A DNA stretch of 64,000 nucleotides from Carcharhinus longimanus (taxonomy: Eukaryota): contig JASCQW010000119.1 of NCBI GenBank assembly GCA_030264375.1, forward strand, positions 10,945,896 to 11,009,895, in the 5' to 3' direction. The translations under genes and the position numbers were made by a program. This document shows positions 37,985 through 50,849 of the stretch, in pieces. Numbering within the stretch: position 1 is the stretch's first letter; each line of letters begins with the position of its first letter. A model generated the notes under the pieces. It made no database searches and was not told where the DNA came from. It saw nothing but the letters and a program-made list of their open reading frames with translations.

Positions 37985-38325
37985 TGCACGGGAAGTTGTT
38001 TCCACTGGCGGGTGAAACCAGAACTCGGGGGCATGGCCTCAAAATAAGGGGTAGCAGATTTAGAACTGAGTTGAGGAGAAACTTCTTCAGACAAAGGATT
38101 GTGAATCTGTGGAATTATCTGCCCAGTGAAGCAGTTGAGGCTAATTCATTGAATGTTTTTTTTAAAGCAAGGGAAGATAGGTCTTAGAAAAGTAGCGGAA
38201 TTAAGGGTTATGGTGAGGGGGTAGGTAAGTGGAGCTGCGTGCGTGAAAAGATTGGCTATGATCTTATTGAATGACAGAGCAGGGTCGAGGAGCCAGCTGG
38301 TCTTTCCTGCTACTAGTTCTTATAT
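37985..38325 (+). mobile_element. CR1 3' end
   Basis: LFPLAGETRTRGHGLKIRG..RNFFRQRIVNLWN. Confidence 0.9.
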
Positions 38326-38457
38326 TTTTAAAGTAAGATGACACCACACATCTTACACACATTATTCTTTAGCATTCACATTGGAGTGGTTGCTCATGTA
38401 GAAATGCATATCCATCTATTTTGCTCAGCAACTTTCCCTTTACCCTTACCATCACAG

Positions 38458-38484
38458 AACAAAGACTGAGTGATACGGAAAAAG
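38458..38484 (+). CDS. 27-nt phase 1-1 microexon (E)QRLSDTEK, family A
   Basis: ccatcacag|...|gtatga. Confidence 0.7.
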
Positions 38485-38849
38485 GTATGAAAATTCTCCT
38501 GCTTTCATCATTCACTGATTGCCTTTGCTAATTTCTGCAAAGACACGTTTAAAGTCAAAAGAGATATTTTGATTCAAGTTGAGTTTACAGCACTGTTTTA
38601 GTGAAATTGCTGAGATAGCTCACTTGACGCATGTTGTGTGGAATTACAAATCCATCAGTCTATCCCTCTGCCCCCGTCCATTTCTCTCACCATCTGCAAG
38701 TACATTCATCCGTCCCTCCTTCCTTCCCTCTCTCCCACGTTCTATTCACTCATCCACACATATTGGCATCCATCCATCCATTCATTTGCCTGTCTATCTA
38801 TTGTTGCTAATAACCCTCCTCTTTGTGAAGTAATGTCGAATCCTCGAAA

Positions 38850-39630
38850 GGGAAACACCGTGTGGAAAATGGTGAACACTAGACAGTGATGATTTGTGGT
38901 TAACTAAGAGAAATTCCTGGCATTCACTTTAAATTGAACCTTAACAATTCATTTTTTGAGCTAACAGAATTGTAACTAAACAAGTAGCACATGGAATAAA
39001 ATAAGATTTTTATATGATGTTGCTCAAATAAATACAATGCGCATTCATTAACCAAATTAAAAACAACAATAGAATATAGTCAATCTCAAATCACTTTTTT
39101 TGGCTTTCTGCATCTTTTGGAACTCCTCTGTTGATTAATCTGTCTGTTAATTCTTTGCAATTTGGTACCTTTCGCTTGTTAGATGGTGCACTCTGTTCAG
39201 ATAACTGAAGTTGAGGGCTGTTCTCTCCCTCTTGAGGCTTAAGAGATGGCAAATCTTCTGTTGCGCTCCTATTCCACATGCCCACACCTCACCTCTGCAC
39301 TGTCTTTTATACCTTTGATGACTTTTCAGTTTTCCAACAATAGGTTGGCCTAATGTTGTCAATACTATCAAATTTAATTCTATAGGCTCTTGATAGCCAA
39401 ATGATTGTTTTAAATTGATTAGGTAAAACTTTAAACAAGGTTGTAATTTCAAAGCTACTACTTGACCTTTTTTGATACAAATATTTCAGCTTGGATCCTG
39501 TATATACTTTGGATCTTAGATTTCCAAACGGTGAAAAAAGAACACTAGCTTTCAAAGTCATACCTCATTGTTTTTTTCCCTTTAGCAATTTTATATTTTT
39601 TAACATCTTTACCAACATCAACTTCGCTAC
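38850..39630 (-). mobile_element. Solo LTR related to the 17727-18680 LTR
   Basis: Shared aactaaacaagtagcacat and ggctctt(g/a)atag blocks. Confidence 0.55.
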
Positions 39631-39689
39631 ACTATCTATTTAATTGCAAATGCTGCTCAGTTGTTGCCTTCAGCATAATACTTAAATTG

Positions 39690-39836
39690 TCTAACTATCC
39701 ATCTGTCTGTCTATCTATCGATCTATCTCTCGATCTATCTACCTATCTTTCAATCTGCTTATCAATCTACCTGTCTATCTATCTATCTATCCATCTATCT
39801 ATCTATCTATCTATCTATCCTTCTTTCTATCTCTCT
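39690..39836 (+). repeat. (CTAT)n microsatellite
   Basis: Directly visible. Confidence 0.95.
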
Positions 39837-40394
39837 CGTACCTAGTTGTAAATTTATCACTTTGTTGATCACATAAATCCTTAAATGTTTTGTTCAACTA
39901 TTTACATTTTTCAATTCTTTATGAACGTTTTAAGTTATTAAATTGTTTCAGACACAAAGACTTTTACATTGATTATATCAGATCATTGAGCTGATGTTGA
40001 CCTTTAGCCTTCTTGGCCCATATCCTTCATCTGACTAAACGAAGCTATATCTCAAAGAGTCAAAGTCGTAACATACATATCATCATTTGATTTTTTCCAG
40101 AAGAGATCTTACAGCTAATACAGCACATACTGCTCTTGATACAAAGAACAAAGAACAACCCAGCACGGGAAACAGGCCCTTCGGCCCAACGAGCCCGCGC
40201 CGCCGCATCACCNNNNNNNNNNNNNNNNNNNNNNNNNNNNNNNNNNNNNNNNNNNNNNNNNNNNNNNNNNNNNNNNNNNNNNNNNNNNNNNNNNNNNNNN
40301 NNNNNNNNNNNNGACGCAGTACTCCAAATGCGGTCTAACCAACGTTCTATACAACTGAAGCATTAGACGGCAGCTTTTATACTCTAATGTGTCT

Positions 40395-41150
40395 GATGTG
40401 TTGAAATTCCTTCTAATTTTATTCCTGTTATACTTGCTCCTGTCACTATTATCGCGGAGTCCAAGCCCTGGAATTCATGACACAGATTCCACCAAAACAC
40501 AACTGTCGGTACCTTCTCACAGTGGAAATCACCACGCTATTTGAAGGTCATAGGGACTTTCCTTCGCTTGAATGGGAAAGTTCCCGTCACACACGAGCTG
40601 TCAGATTCATAGTCGGACCCTGTCCATATTGGTAAGAGTTGAACCTGGCTCCGCATTTGGACCAGCAAGATCCGAAATCAACCCAACACAGGGTTGTGGT
40701 GGAGATGCATAGAGCCTGACGGGCAGGGATCCGATAAAAGGTCTTTTCGGGGGCGGGAGGGGTTGTGGTTGGGTCTAATGCATTAGCAGAAGTGCTTTGG
40801 ATGATTGCCCCTTGACGGATTCTCTGTGAATTCTTCAAGCAAATGCTCTGAAGCGCAAATGTTTTTTTTTAACTGTCCAACTCTTTCAGAGTAACGATAA
40901 ATACAAAGCAGGCAGAATCAAACAAAGTTACCGATTAAAATCAGTCTCCCGGAAGACTACCAACACAGGACATTTGCCCAGAGGGCGTTAGTCTTTCGCG
41001 ACAATGCATTCTCAGAAAAATCACAATAATATCATCGTTGACGTACAAAAGTTACTCGAAAACAACCATGGCTAACTTACACTCTCCGTACAGCTTAACT
41101 CTTGTGTTTGATTACTCTGGTCAAAGAAGAAATCCCCTCTGAATCGTTAG
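40395..41150 (+). pseudogene. Leader (FLLILFLLYLLLSLLS) + IgV (40523-40880) + IgC (40890-41150) remnants
   Basis: LKVIG, LRIW, SFRGREG, ILCEFF; IgC GHLP..VDVQKLL..NSCV. Confidence 0.45.
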
Positions 41151-41519
41151 GCAAGTGTTCAGGAGGCAATTATCTTGAAAGGCAACCTCCTTTGGACAAT
41201 CATGTAGCACTGGGATGTAAATCGTTAATGTCGGATGCTTCTGCTGGTTTACACTACAGTTGGAAGAAATGTAACACCTTTAGCTTAATTGTAAATCTTT
41301 AGATCTGACCTTTTCAACAACCCCTCCTAACTGCCCTCCCCCTTTCGCCCCACCTCCCCCCTCCCTCCCCCTCCCCTTCTAGCTACCTCCACCGACACAT
41401 TATCCTGTAACTCCGCACATTAACTGTGGCTAATCCACTTCACCCACTCATATTGGACGCTATGGAGTAAGTTAGAATGGCCAATCGAAATCTTGTGCTC
41501 ATTTTTGGACTGTAGTTCC

Positions 41520-42000
41520 GCACACATGAGGACGGTCTCAACAAGGATTTTGGGTTCATGTCGCACTACGTGTAACCCCCGTGGCTTGCCTGGGTTTGCA
41601 AAACCTCACTTACTGTACTGTCTGGAGACAATACACATCTCTTTAACCTGTGATCAGNNNNNNNNNNNNNNNNNNNNNNNNNNNNNNNNNNNNNNNNNNN
41701 NNNNNNNNNNNNNNNNNNNNNNNNNNNNNNNNNNNNNNNNNNNNNNNNNNNNNNNNNTCAGCCACTTTAAGACTTGAACAGCAGGTTAGGTGTAAAGATT
41801 CGCATTCTAATCAGTAATCTGTAAACTGTCTGTGTTGTTATATACTCTGTCTGAGGCCAGAACTCTCCATTCACCTGACGAAGGGGCTAATCCGAAAGCC
41901 TGTGAGTTGACTATCAAATAAATCGGTTGGACTTAAAACCGGTGTTCTCAGACTTTTTACTGTGTTTACCCCAGTCCAACGCCGGCACATCCACATCACT
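41520..42000 (+). mobile_element. Penelope-like element fragment inserted in an HE1 SINE
   Basis: cacCTGACGA...GAAA and gttggacttaaaaccggtg terminal motif; further copies at 46016-46090 and 49055-49145. Confidence 0.6.
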
Positions 42001-42300
42001 TTTGGACTATCAGAGGAAGCTCGAGCACTGGAGTAAAACAGCACATTGATGAAGAGAATGCACACACTTCATTCGCCAAGACTGAACCCATATCCCTGGT
42101 GCTATTTAAAAAAAACAGTGCCGTCCACTACCAGCCCCTTCCCCACAATATTCCACCACCCCGAAAATCCAATGAACTCACCATAGACACTGACATGCTT
42201 CATTTCCTGTAATTTTCAACTGGACATTTCTAGTCGCTTCATTTTAGGAACCTGATGTCTCCTAGCTTGTTTTCCTTCGTTCTGCTTCATTTGCACATAG

Positions 42301-42379
42301 ACGCTGTGCTTCGAAAGCTTGAATCCCACTCGACTTGATTCGATCGCGTCGAATGAGACACTTAAGAATTTTAGCACAG
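42301..42379 (+). pseudogene. 79-nt exon, frameshifted (AVLRKLES / RLDSIASNETLKNFST)
   Basis: cacatag / gtaact boundaries. Confidence 0.4.
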
Positions 42380-42513
42380 GTAACTGTGTATGGCATTGGC
42401 ATGCTGACGTTGATTGCCACTCCGACGAAATTATGATCATATTTGTAGTTACGAAAACGGAATTGCTTTCCAATAATTTAATACAGACGCTAACCCACGA
42501 TTTAGCAGCACAG

Positions 42514-42652
42514 TGGCACTGAATGGACAAATTGTGAACAATAATGTTACATTGCTATACATTACTGGAGTTTTGGCATTGATGTTTATTCTCGCTAATG
42601 CACGTATTGTTTGTTGGACAGAATTAACACAAATGGAGGAAAACTAAATCAG
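42514..42652 (+). pseudogene. Transmembrane exon remnant VTLLYITGVLALMFILANARIVCW
   Basis: cacag acceptor, phase 1, about 22 mostly hydrophobic residues, lies between IgC and tail microexons. Confidence 0.5.
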
Positions 42653-42827
42653 ATACCATTGATAACACTTCCAACATATATATAACGGACCGGATTGCCT
42701 CATTATTGAATTGCATGGTACTGCTTGCAACTTTCATATCGGTATTTGTTTTATATTACCAATTAAGCCGAACAGTCTTTCATACATGAAATGTGCTTAC
42801 CTCGAAATGTGTTTGTTTTTTTTTCAG

Positions 42828-42854
42828 AATTGGACGAACTTAGGATGAAATGTA
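42828..42854 (+). CDS. 27-nt phase 1-1 microexon (E)LDELRMKC, family B
   Basis: ttttttcag|...|gtaaga. Confidence 0.75.
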
Positions 42855-43119
42855 GTAAGATGCAACGCATTATGTCCATCCTGACCCCTCCAATGATCAC
42901 TTTCTCCAATCCATGCCAGCTGCCTTCTATTAAGTTCTGTTCAAGTTGCACGTTTCAAATTCTAATAACAGTATTCTGTCAACTGTTATCATAATGAGCG
43001 TTAGGAACAGCAGGTTTCCTTGCTTCTTCAAACAATGACGAACTTCTTTTGCACAAGTGCCTGATACGAATTTAAATTTCACGTCTGCTGAACACACAGC
43101 CGTTAAGATGTGAATAGTG

Positions 43120-43450
43120 TCAGAAAAAAAAACCTTTGCGGAGGAATTGTAATGTAAGGGTTATATCCGACTTTTTTTATCAAGTCACAGTGCCAAATAT
43201 ATTCGATTAATTGGCATAGTAGGTGAGGGGTGGCAGTTAGAATATTGGCAGCGTTGTGCAGGTGCCTCGCATGAGATGTCCATGACGTTAGAAAAGCAAG
43301 ACTTGACAGCAATGCATCGGATTTTAAGATGTCCCCTGACAAAAGGAAAGGCGATAGAAGGTCAAATCATTACTTATTGCTTTCAATTTAATGAGGATAA
43401 TATCAAAACCAGTCTCATTAATGAAAACTGCTTTACGTTTGTACGTTTGC
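43120..43450 (+). pseudogene. Degenerate IgV-like exon
   Basis: DVHDVRKARLDSNASDFK, AIEGQI, G*YQ. Confidence 0.3.
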
Positions 43451-43452
43451 AG

Positions 43453-43479
43453 GGAGTGCGCGACACCATACTTCCGAAG
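43453..43479 (+). CDS. 27-nt phase 1-1 microexon SARHHTSE
   Basis: tttgcag|...|gtaact. Confidence 0.5.
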
Positions 43480-44067
43480 GTAACTGCTATTTCTTGCTAT
43501 CATGGCCCGAAGCATACAATTATTGGCAGTAAGAAGCCGCAAATATCCAATAAATCACTACCGAGCATGCAAATCAAACGAGTACGCTTTACATTGCATT
43601 TTCATTGGAAAATACAATAACTTGGAGTTGTGCATGTTTAATAGGTAGTTAACTCGCTGGTTACACAGTCAATATTTATTATCATCATAGTTTCCATGGT
43701 GCACAACTATNNNNNNNNNNNNNNNNNNNNNNNNNNNNNNNNNNNNNNNNNNNNNNNNNNNNNNNNNNNNNNNNNNNNNNNNNNNNNNNNNNNNNNNNNN
43801 NNNNNNNNNNGTGCACAACGAGTCAACGACCTCCCAAGCATTATTTCCATCTGAGCATAAGATCACAATTTGGAAATGTATGAATTCTAATCACGATTTT
43901 TGTAAGAAGAATAGCTGACCAACACTCTTTTACTTGCATGAGATGAATTTTATAAGCCCTCAGTTCAGATTCATTACATTGGTAATTGTGATCAGCAATT
44001 ATTGTTTCTCAATTTTCCCTTTAAATTGACCATCCAAAGTTTAATACAGTGTTCGATCTCTCCCTAG

Positions 44068-44094
44068 AAATCGATGGAGAAGACCATCCCTTAG
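44068..44094 (+). CDS. 27-nt phase 1-1 microexon (E)IDGEDHPL
   Basis: ctctccctag|...|gtaaag. Confidence 0.6.
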   Translation, partial: KSMEKTIP

Positions 44095-44274
44095 GTAAAG
44101 GTGCATTGCCTCATTTGAATCGTTCTGAGATAATTTCAGATTGTGCAATAGCACGATCCATAAATTTTGAATCGAATTCGCGTTTATAGGAAGAAACTAA
44201 TCATGTGCGCAAACGTAATTATAATAAATTGCGGTGCTGAAATGATCTCGAAGGAACAGAGTAAACTTTAATAC

Positions 44275-44560
44275 CGATTTTGGAACCAGCTATCAATCTT
44301 GTGGCAAAATGCGGGCTCATGTTATGTTGTGCACTGCTCCGGCTTGAACAACGCTACAGTCAGCATTTGAGGGACTGCAATTCCAGGTCAATTGTTATCG
44401 TGTTTTCAAATCGAATTAATGGAGAATATTATTATCTATTATTATTGTTGTTACTTCATCAGAAGTGAGCATGTTAGTCAGGATAAATCGTTGTTTTCGG
44501 TACCAAATTACTCTTAAGCAGGCAACTATAAGTTTTCGTGAACGGCTGCAACATTATTGG
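44275..44560 (+). pseudogene. Degenerate IgC-like exon
   Basis: EPAINLVAKCGLMLCC ... LRDCNS ... INRCF. Confidence 0.35.
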
Positions 44561-45675
44561 TACACGTTTAGTTCTGAAAGGAGCATATTTAAAACCTTTT
44601 CGGGAAGGAACGGTGAGTTAATTCGTAGCCAGAGTACGGTCTGTGTGAGAGGCAACTTTCATGAGACTCAATTCGCATGCACCTGCATTCAATGTCATGT
44701 TATTGCTGGAAGTATGTAACATGTAACAAACCGAAAGACTTCCGTTAAGAAGTATTAGAGGAAGATTGGCGGATTGCCTCGCTGGACACAAATGACATAT
44801 GTTGCAATTGAGCATCGGACGCCGAGGGAATTGTGTTCATGGTGTCGACTATCACTGTTGTCCTAGTATCTTCAACCTTCTTGAGATATGTTGGGGCACT
44901 AGCGACCTAGGAGAGTTTGCCAACACCTGTCTGATTTGTTTTCTTAACGGTGAAGTGCATTTTGAGAGTTAGAAGGAAAGATCATTTTGATGAACTTGCC
45001 AACCTGTGAGCTGCTTCTGCAGTATTTTTTATATGGCAAGTAATGTGATGCATACTGTAAGTGAGCGTATGAGGAGATCATCCTCCTCGTTTTCCTGGCA
45101 TTTCGCTTTTTACTGTGTACGGTCCAAACTGCTGGCGTAGAGAAACCCTAAAATGACTGCCAAATACCAAAGGCATCCGCCGAAAGGGAAAGTCTCTCGA
45201 CGAATATTTCTCCAGCTGCGTTTTTTCATGCTGAAATGTCAAAACCCAGTCCATCGACTCCTCAAGCTAAAGCTCCATAGAAATATGCAAGATACTTGTG
45301 TTCCAAGACTGCAATCCACAGACTTCACAGTATTTGGTGCGTCGAAAGCAACCTCGCAATAATGCCCATTAACTTATCGTCAACTCGGGGAAGCAGAAGC
45401 TAAATGCAATAGACCATGATAAGAAACCTGGAAAGAAAAAAAAGTAACGCCTCTCCGAAGTTGAATCAAAGTCGCCTAATTTTACTTTAGAAAAAAAAAT
45501 ATACGCTGCCCCGTACATTCTGCTTTCTTGCTAGAACTCCAGCGCCCACTATATTTTCTTTTCACCATTCTTTAAGCATGTTCGAATTCCACAAAATCCT
45601 GCACCCAATGCGAAGCCAGATATAGCACTTTGCGTTACTAGGGATTCAGCTGGCTATGTCTTATCCTTTGTTTAG

Positions 45676-45915
45676 ACATCTTAGTGTCTCTTCATGTTGC
45701 CCTGCCTTTCACCGCAGAGATGGTACTCAAGTTCTGATACAGAGCTTAGAAATGACCGTGGAGGCAGCAATTACGACACATAAGCCAAGCTCGCTTTACG
45801 GACTTTAAAGCTTCCTGCGAGTATGGCAGGGGGCATCCTGTCCAATTGGTCAGCCACTACCTGCCACAGGTCCGGAATCCTCCGACAAAGGAAGTGCTGA
45901 ATTAGCATCGTGCAT
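45676..45915 (+). pseudogene. Degenerate IgV-like exon (runs into a gap)
   Basis: gtttag acceptor; MLPCLSP, PWRQ. Confidence 0.3.
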
Positions 45916-47388
45916 NNNNNNNNNNNNNNNNNNNNNNNNNNNNNNNNNNNNNNNNNNNNNNNNNNNNNNNNNNNNNNNNNNNNNNNNNNNNNNNNNNNNN
46001 NNNNNNNNNNNNNNNCGGTTGGACTTAAACCTGGTGTTGTCAGACTTTTTACTGTGTTTACCCCAGTCCAACGCCGGCATATCCACATCACATAATAGTA
46101 AGCACAGCCATGCGAATATGTTAATGCCTTCCCTGTAATTTAGTTGAGTTCGGCGAGAAAGCAACTGAAGATGATTAGTTCCATAATCATTGCGTAGCTG
46201 CTGCTGCTGAGATGATGGAGAATTATATTGATGCAGGTTTTTCGAATGATTGCATTTGCTTACGATTTTCTGTGTTTCCTTGGAGACATTCGCATTCAGA
46301 TGTTGCCTTGTTAATCAATGCATTAACTCACGTCTTAACTCCTGAGTTCAGATCATGTTTTGTTTTCATGTTTGACTCAAAGATGCAATAAGGCATCAGG
46401 CGAGTGAACGTGTATCACCTTAAAAGGAAGGTCGCTGAACAGATTAGGTGAGATAACTTCCATGTTGTAACATTAAACTGTCATCATCAGTCTTCTGAAA
46501 AATTCGCCGGATTAAATTTTCCTGTTTTTGTTCATGGGGACACGTAAAGCATGGATAATGTTCTACATCGTTGGTTGAATGCCATCTATACTGGAACAAC
46601 TGAACGAGGGGCACAACAAATAGAGTCTGAAGGGTTTTCAGAACGAGAGGCTGGATTCTTATAAGGTAGTTTTTTTTTGTCGCCATTGCTTTTGAAGTTC
46701 TTGATATCACGTGGCTGAACTGAGCTGGTTAATACTTGAAATGGGCAGGTGGACTTTTGCGAAAATGTTGGACAGTCTCAGCTTCCATCCTCTGGAATTT
46801 TGGAGAGAAAAATAAGGTTTAATCCTATATAATCTTGAAGGTTCTTGATAGACTGCATGTGGAAAGAAAACCATTTGACGGGTGTTACTGCTTAAAATTA
46901 TTGGGTCATTCATTCGAAACTTCCATCACGCAGTTTTTAGTCAAATGTTCCGGGTATTTGTCAACTCTCTTGCTGAAAAAGTAGTGAAAAAAATCGTTAA
47001 TTTAGACTTAGGTCGANNNNNNNNNNTGCTGTTAAACATGAGGTTAATGTGGGTTTGGGAGTAGATGAGGCACAGATCTGAGACTGCCAGATTAACCATT
47101 GCCTTATTAAAACCTGGAACATTTCGAGTGGATGAATGGCCTACTCTTCCTCGGGTATGTATTTTCCCACTTGTGTACTGTCTGTGAGGACGTCAAGGAT
47201 ACAGGCAGAGGTAAAGAAATTGAGTTGAGGTGGAACATCAGGCATCAGTGAATGATGGAGCAGGTTTGAAGAGAAGAGTATTATTCATTATTTCTAATAT
47301 GAGAAAGGAATATTAGTGTTGGCGTGATGAATTTTCAACAAAGCCTTCTTGATTAGTAATCTAAATTAAAGTTGCGACTACAATTGTA

Positions 47389-47650
47389 GGTCAGAAGCTG
47401 GAAAGTCTGTGGGGAATAGTGCAACTTCTATTCCGCTTTGCCTTGTGGCAATCGAGGAAGCACATTTGAAGAGTGTGAGAGAATAATTTCCAATGTCAAG
47501 TTTTAACCCAATAATCTGCTATTGGAGAGGCTCCGTGATGAAATATTATTTCTTGATAGACTCATGATTCTTCTGGCAGCAGCGGAGGACTGTACAAGTC
47601 AGGAATCTTCCACCAGCTAATGCATTTAGTTTTGCAGAGTTCACTGGGTG
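47389..47650 (+). pseudogene. Degenerate IgV-like exon
   Basis: SVGNSATSIPLCL, PIICYWRG, GGLYKS; gtgaga donor. Confidence 0.35.
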
Positions 47651-47808
47651 AGAAGGATGGTTAAATTTAGTTGCATTGGTGCATTAATGGGTTGTCGAAT
47701 ATTTATACATAGAAGTTCAATTCCTATGTGGCCTTTTGTCACATTCTTGTTCACGCATTTGTGAACCCCATTTCTCTGTAATAATTTGAATCATGATTCT
47801 TACCGTAG

Positions 47809-47835
47809 AAAGGAAGTCAAATGCAAAGGACAAAG
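47809..47835 (+). CDS. 27-nt phase 1-1 microexon (E)RKSNAKDK, family A-like
   Basis: ttaccgtag|...|gtagcg. Confidence 0.55.
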
Positions 47836-47879
47836 GTAGCGATTTCAAAATAACTTGTTTTTTTTATATTGAAAGAGCG

Positions 47880-48110
47880 CTGCTTGCTTCCAGATGAGAT
47901 AATATGGCAACTGTATTTTAACTCATTACTAGAAAGCCTTTTTTGAGTGTGAATGGGGTTGTAAAGCAAATCTATGTACATATCAGAAATCACAAAACTA
48001 TTGGCTATTGTTGTTAAATGTTTTGGAATGAGCTAAATGGAAATTCGGTAACTATTTCATTGCTGAAGACTTAGTGAAATGAAAATATAGTTGCCATCAG
48101 AAGATTCCAG
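47880..48110 (+). pseudogene. Degenerate IgV-like exon
   Basis: FWNELNGNS ... KYSCH; gtgatt donor. Confidence 0.4.
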
Positions 48111-48159
48111 GTGATTACTGTAGATCCAGTTAACTGAATAGGTGCATGGGAGATCATAT

Positions 48160-48480
48160 AATCAGAGAAACTCTATCGTGTAGAAAGGGAACATTCAGCC
48201 CATCTGTTTGGTACTGAAAACAATCCCACCCCAAGCCCTATCAACACAACCCCACACATGTCCCCCGCTAATCCCTCTAATTTGCACACCCCGGGCACTA
48301 TGGCGAATTTAGCATGGCCAATCGACCTTACCTGCACATTTTTGGACTGTGGGATGAAACCGGAGCACCCAGAGGAAACCTATGCAGACACGGGTAGAAT
48401 GTGTGAACTCCACACGGACAGTGACCCAGGTCCCTGGAGCCATGAGATAGCAGTGCTAACAGCTGTGCCACCGTGTCCCC
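48160..48480 (-). mobile_element. HE1 SINE
   Basis: Core aatttagcatggccaatcgacc; head gtgccaccgtg. Confidence 0.9.
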
Positions 48481-48849
48481 CAACCCCCGCCCTTTTGATG
48501 CACGAATAAAAATATATATGCTAATAAATCCAGATTGCCTATACTATTATTAAGTTACTATGAAAGCATAGTTGTGAGCTGAACGCTTTGACCAAATAAT
48601 TTGTGTATGTTTTGCGCATACAGGTTGATTGACTGGTCTAAATAGGAAACGTTCATATTTGTATTAAAAAAAACTACTGCTAACGATGTGCTTCTCTCCA
48701 GCTCTCTGTAATGCATAACATGAACGCGGGAAGTGAAATGGACAGACACTGAGAAAAAAACAAGTCTATTTTACATGTGTTATTACACTTTTTGGTGGCT
48801 CATTTAATTGCATAAAGTACCACGTGTATCCTTTACCTTTATTCATCAG

Positions 48850-48885
48850 AATTGGACAGGGTGAAAAAGGCTCTTGCAGACACAG
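48850..48885 (+). CDS. 36-nt phase 1-1 microexon (E)LDRVKKALADT, family C
   Basis: attcatcag|...|gtaagt. Confidence 0.75.
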
Positions 48886-50029
48886 GTAAGTTGCAGAGGC
48901 ACAGTTGGAATCTAACTGTCAAATTCGTACAATCCGAAAACATTATAAATCGACTTGGAGGATGGTGCATATTGACTGTAATCTCCACATGGTTGATGAA
49001 GCATCACAAATATTGCAATGTCCGAGTGTGTGAAATCTGGAACAGGACAGATGATCACCTGACGAAGGGGCAGGGCTCCAGAACCTCGTGCTAGCAAATA
49101 AATCTGTTGGACTTTAACATGGTGTTGTGAGACTTCTTACTGTGCCAATTGTATGTCACAAAGAAAACATCTCATCAGATTTGAACAAATCGCATCACAA
49201 GGCTCAACTGCTCCCCGCAGAAATTAATACAACAGACTTGCAATCGATTGAGAACAAAAAAAAACTCATCTAGCAGTTAATTTGAAAGGCCTGTTTGAAA
49301 AATTATTCTCTTGTTCTTGACTATTCAGATATAGAACTTTCTTCCAAGAACCCAACCCATGATGTTCCCTCCGTCTCTGATATATATATATATATATATA
49401 AAAATTGGACCTCTCATTATTTCAAATATCTCTGTACACAAAATTAACGTACTTAATGTTGACTCATATCATGTCTGGTGGTTTTGATTATTTGAATTTC
49501 CTCACTCTGTTTACTGTTTGAGTTTCAATTGTTTGGGGATGCCTTCTCCACAGAAGGCAAACATTGCAAAATATTTTCAGGCTACAACATCATTTTTTTT
49601 CAATATTCATTAATTCAACAGCATCAGTCGTTGAGATCTTACTTTCCTTATGAATTTCCTTCATTGGCCATTTTATAAGCCGTTACTTTAGGCCAATGGT
49701 ACTGTCAATGGTACAGCTAAATGGTACTGTCGCTTGAAATTGCTGAAGGTGGAATGTTAAAAAAAAACAATCAAATACCTGGATGCAAAAGTCTCACGCT
49801 GATCATGAACATTTTGTCTACTTTGGTATCAACTCTGTCTCGTCCATTGACTCTGAAATGGCCTGGCAAGCCAATCAGTGGAATTCAACAGCTACAAATA
49901 GACGAAAAAGTAATGGAAATGGATGCATCACCCAGCATCAACCTATACATTGCAATCATACCTAACTGGTAATGTCCCAGAACGCACCATTAGCATTCCT
50001 CGATAGGTCCTGTGCCATCGATAAGACAG

Positions 50030-50307
50030 AACCAGCATTTGTGATGGTACAGTGGTAACAGCCCAGCTTTGGGAGTCTTAAACAACTACAGCTCACATGG
50101 AACCCGATAAAACATGAAAAAGGAAACGTATTGCTGATTATTATCATCTGCAATCAATCAACCAGCATTCCTCCAACTAAGCACCACTTAGGTAGCAAAA
50201 GCGGCAAATGTACTCTGAGAGACGTCAATGTCCATCCCCAAGACTGGCTCAGTTGTACCATCAAAGATGGACGGTCCTAAAGCACATTTTGATAGACTGG
50301 GACTCTG
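50030..50307 (+). pseudogene. Degenerate BTN-type IgV exon
   Basis: VVTAQLWES ... TLRDVNVHPQDWLSCTIKDG (compare LRIHNVRPSD.GQY.CF.KDG); phase-1 gtaggt donor. Confidence 0.55.
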
Positions 50308-50479
50308 GTAGGTCCGGCACATTAATGCAAAAGTTAAGGCGTTTTGCATTTGTAATAATGTTCAAGCGGGTGCTGGGTGGATGTTCTATATGAGCTTCAT
50401 CCGTAGCTTCCCAGCATCACAGAGAGCAATCTTCTGCCAGCTTAATTCAAGCAATAGGATGCCATTAAACGGCTTCAAG

Positions 50480-50780
50480 CAGTAGATGTCACAAAAACTA
50501 TGGGCCATGATAATATTATAAAAATGGCCTGAAGTTTCCTGTTCCTGAAGGTTTCACGCCCAAAACCAATTTGGTGCAGTACAACGAAAACATTGGTATC
50601 TACGTGACAACGGAAAAATTGCCCACGTACGTCCTGAACACAAGATACTTGACAAATCCAATCCATCAATTTAGCGTCCCGTCATGCAACTTAAATCTTG
50701 ACTCAAGTGGCCATCAAATACACTATCAAGAAGCACATGCTTGTTCATGGGTGCTCAGGTTGGGTTCCTCGAGGATCAAC
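50480..50780 (+). pseudogene. Degenerate BTN-type IgC exon
   Basis: YYKNGLKFPVPEGFTPK (compare GY..GGI.L.C.S.GW.P.P), QFSVPS. Confidence 0.5.
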
Positions 50781-50849
50781 GCGCTCTTGAACTCAATACA
50801 TTTTTGGTTCAAACATGAACAAAAGAATTGAATTCCACAGTTGAATGAA

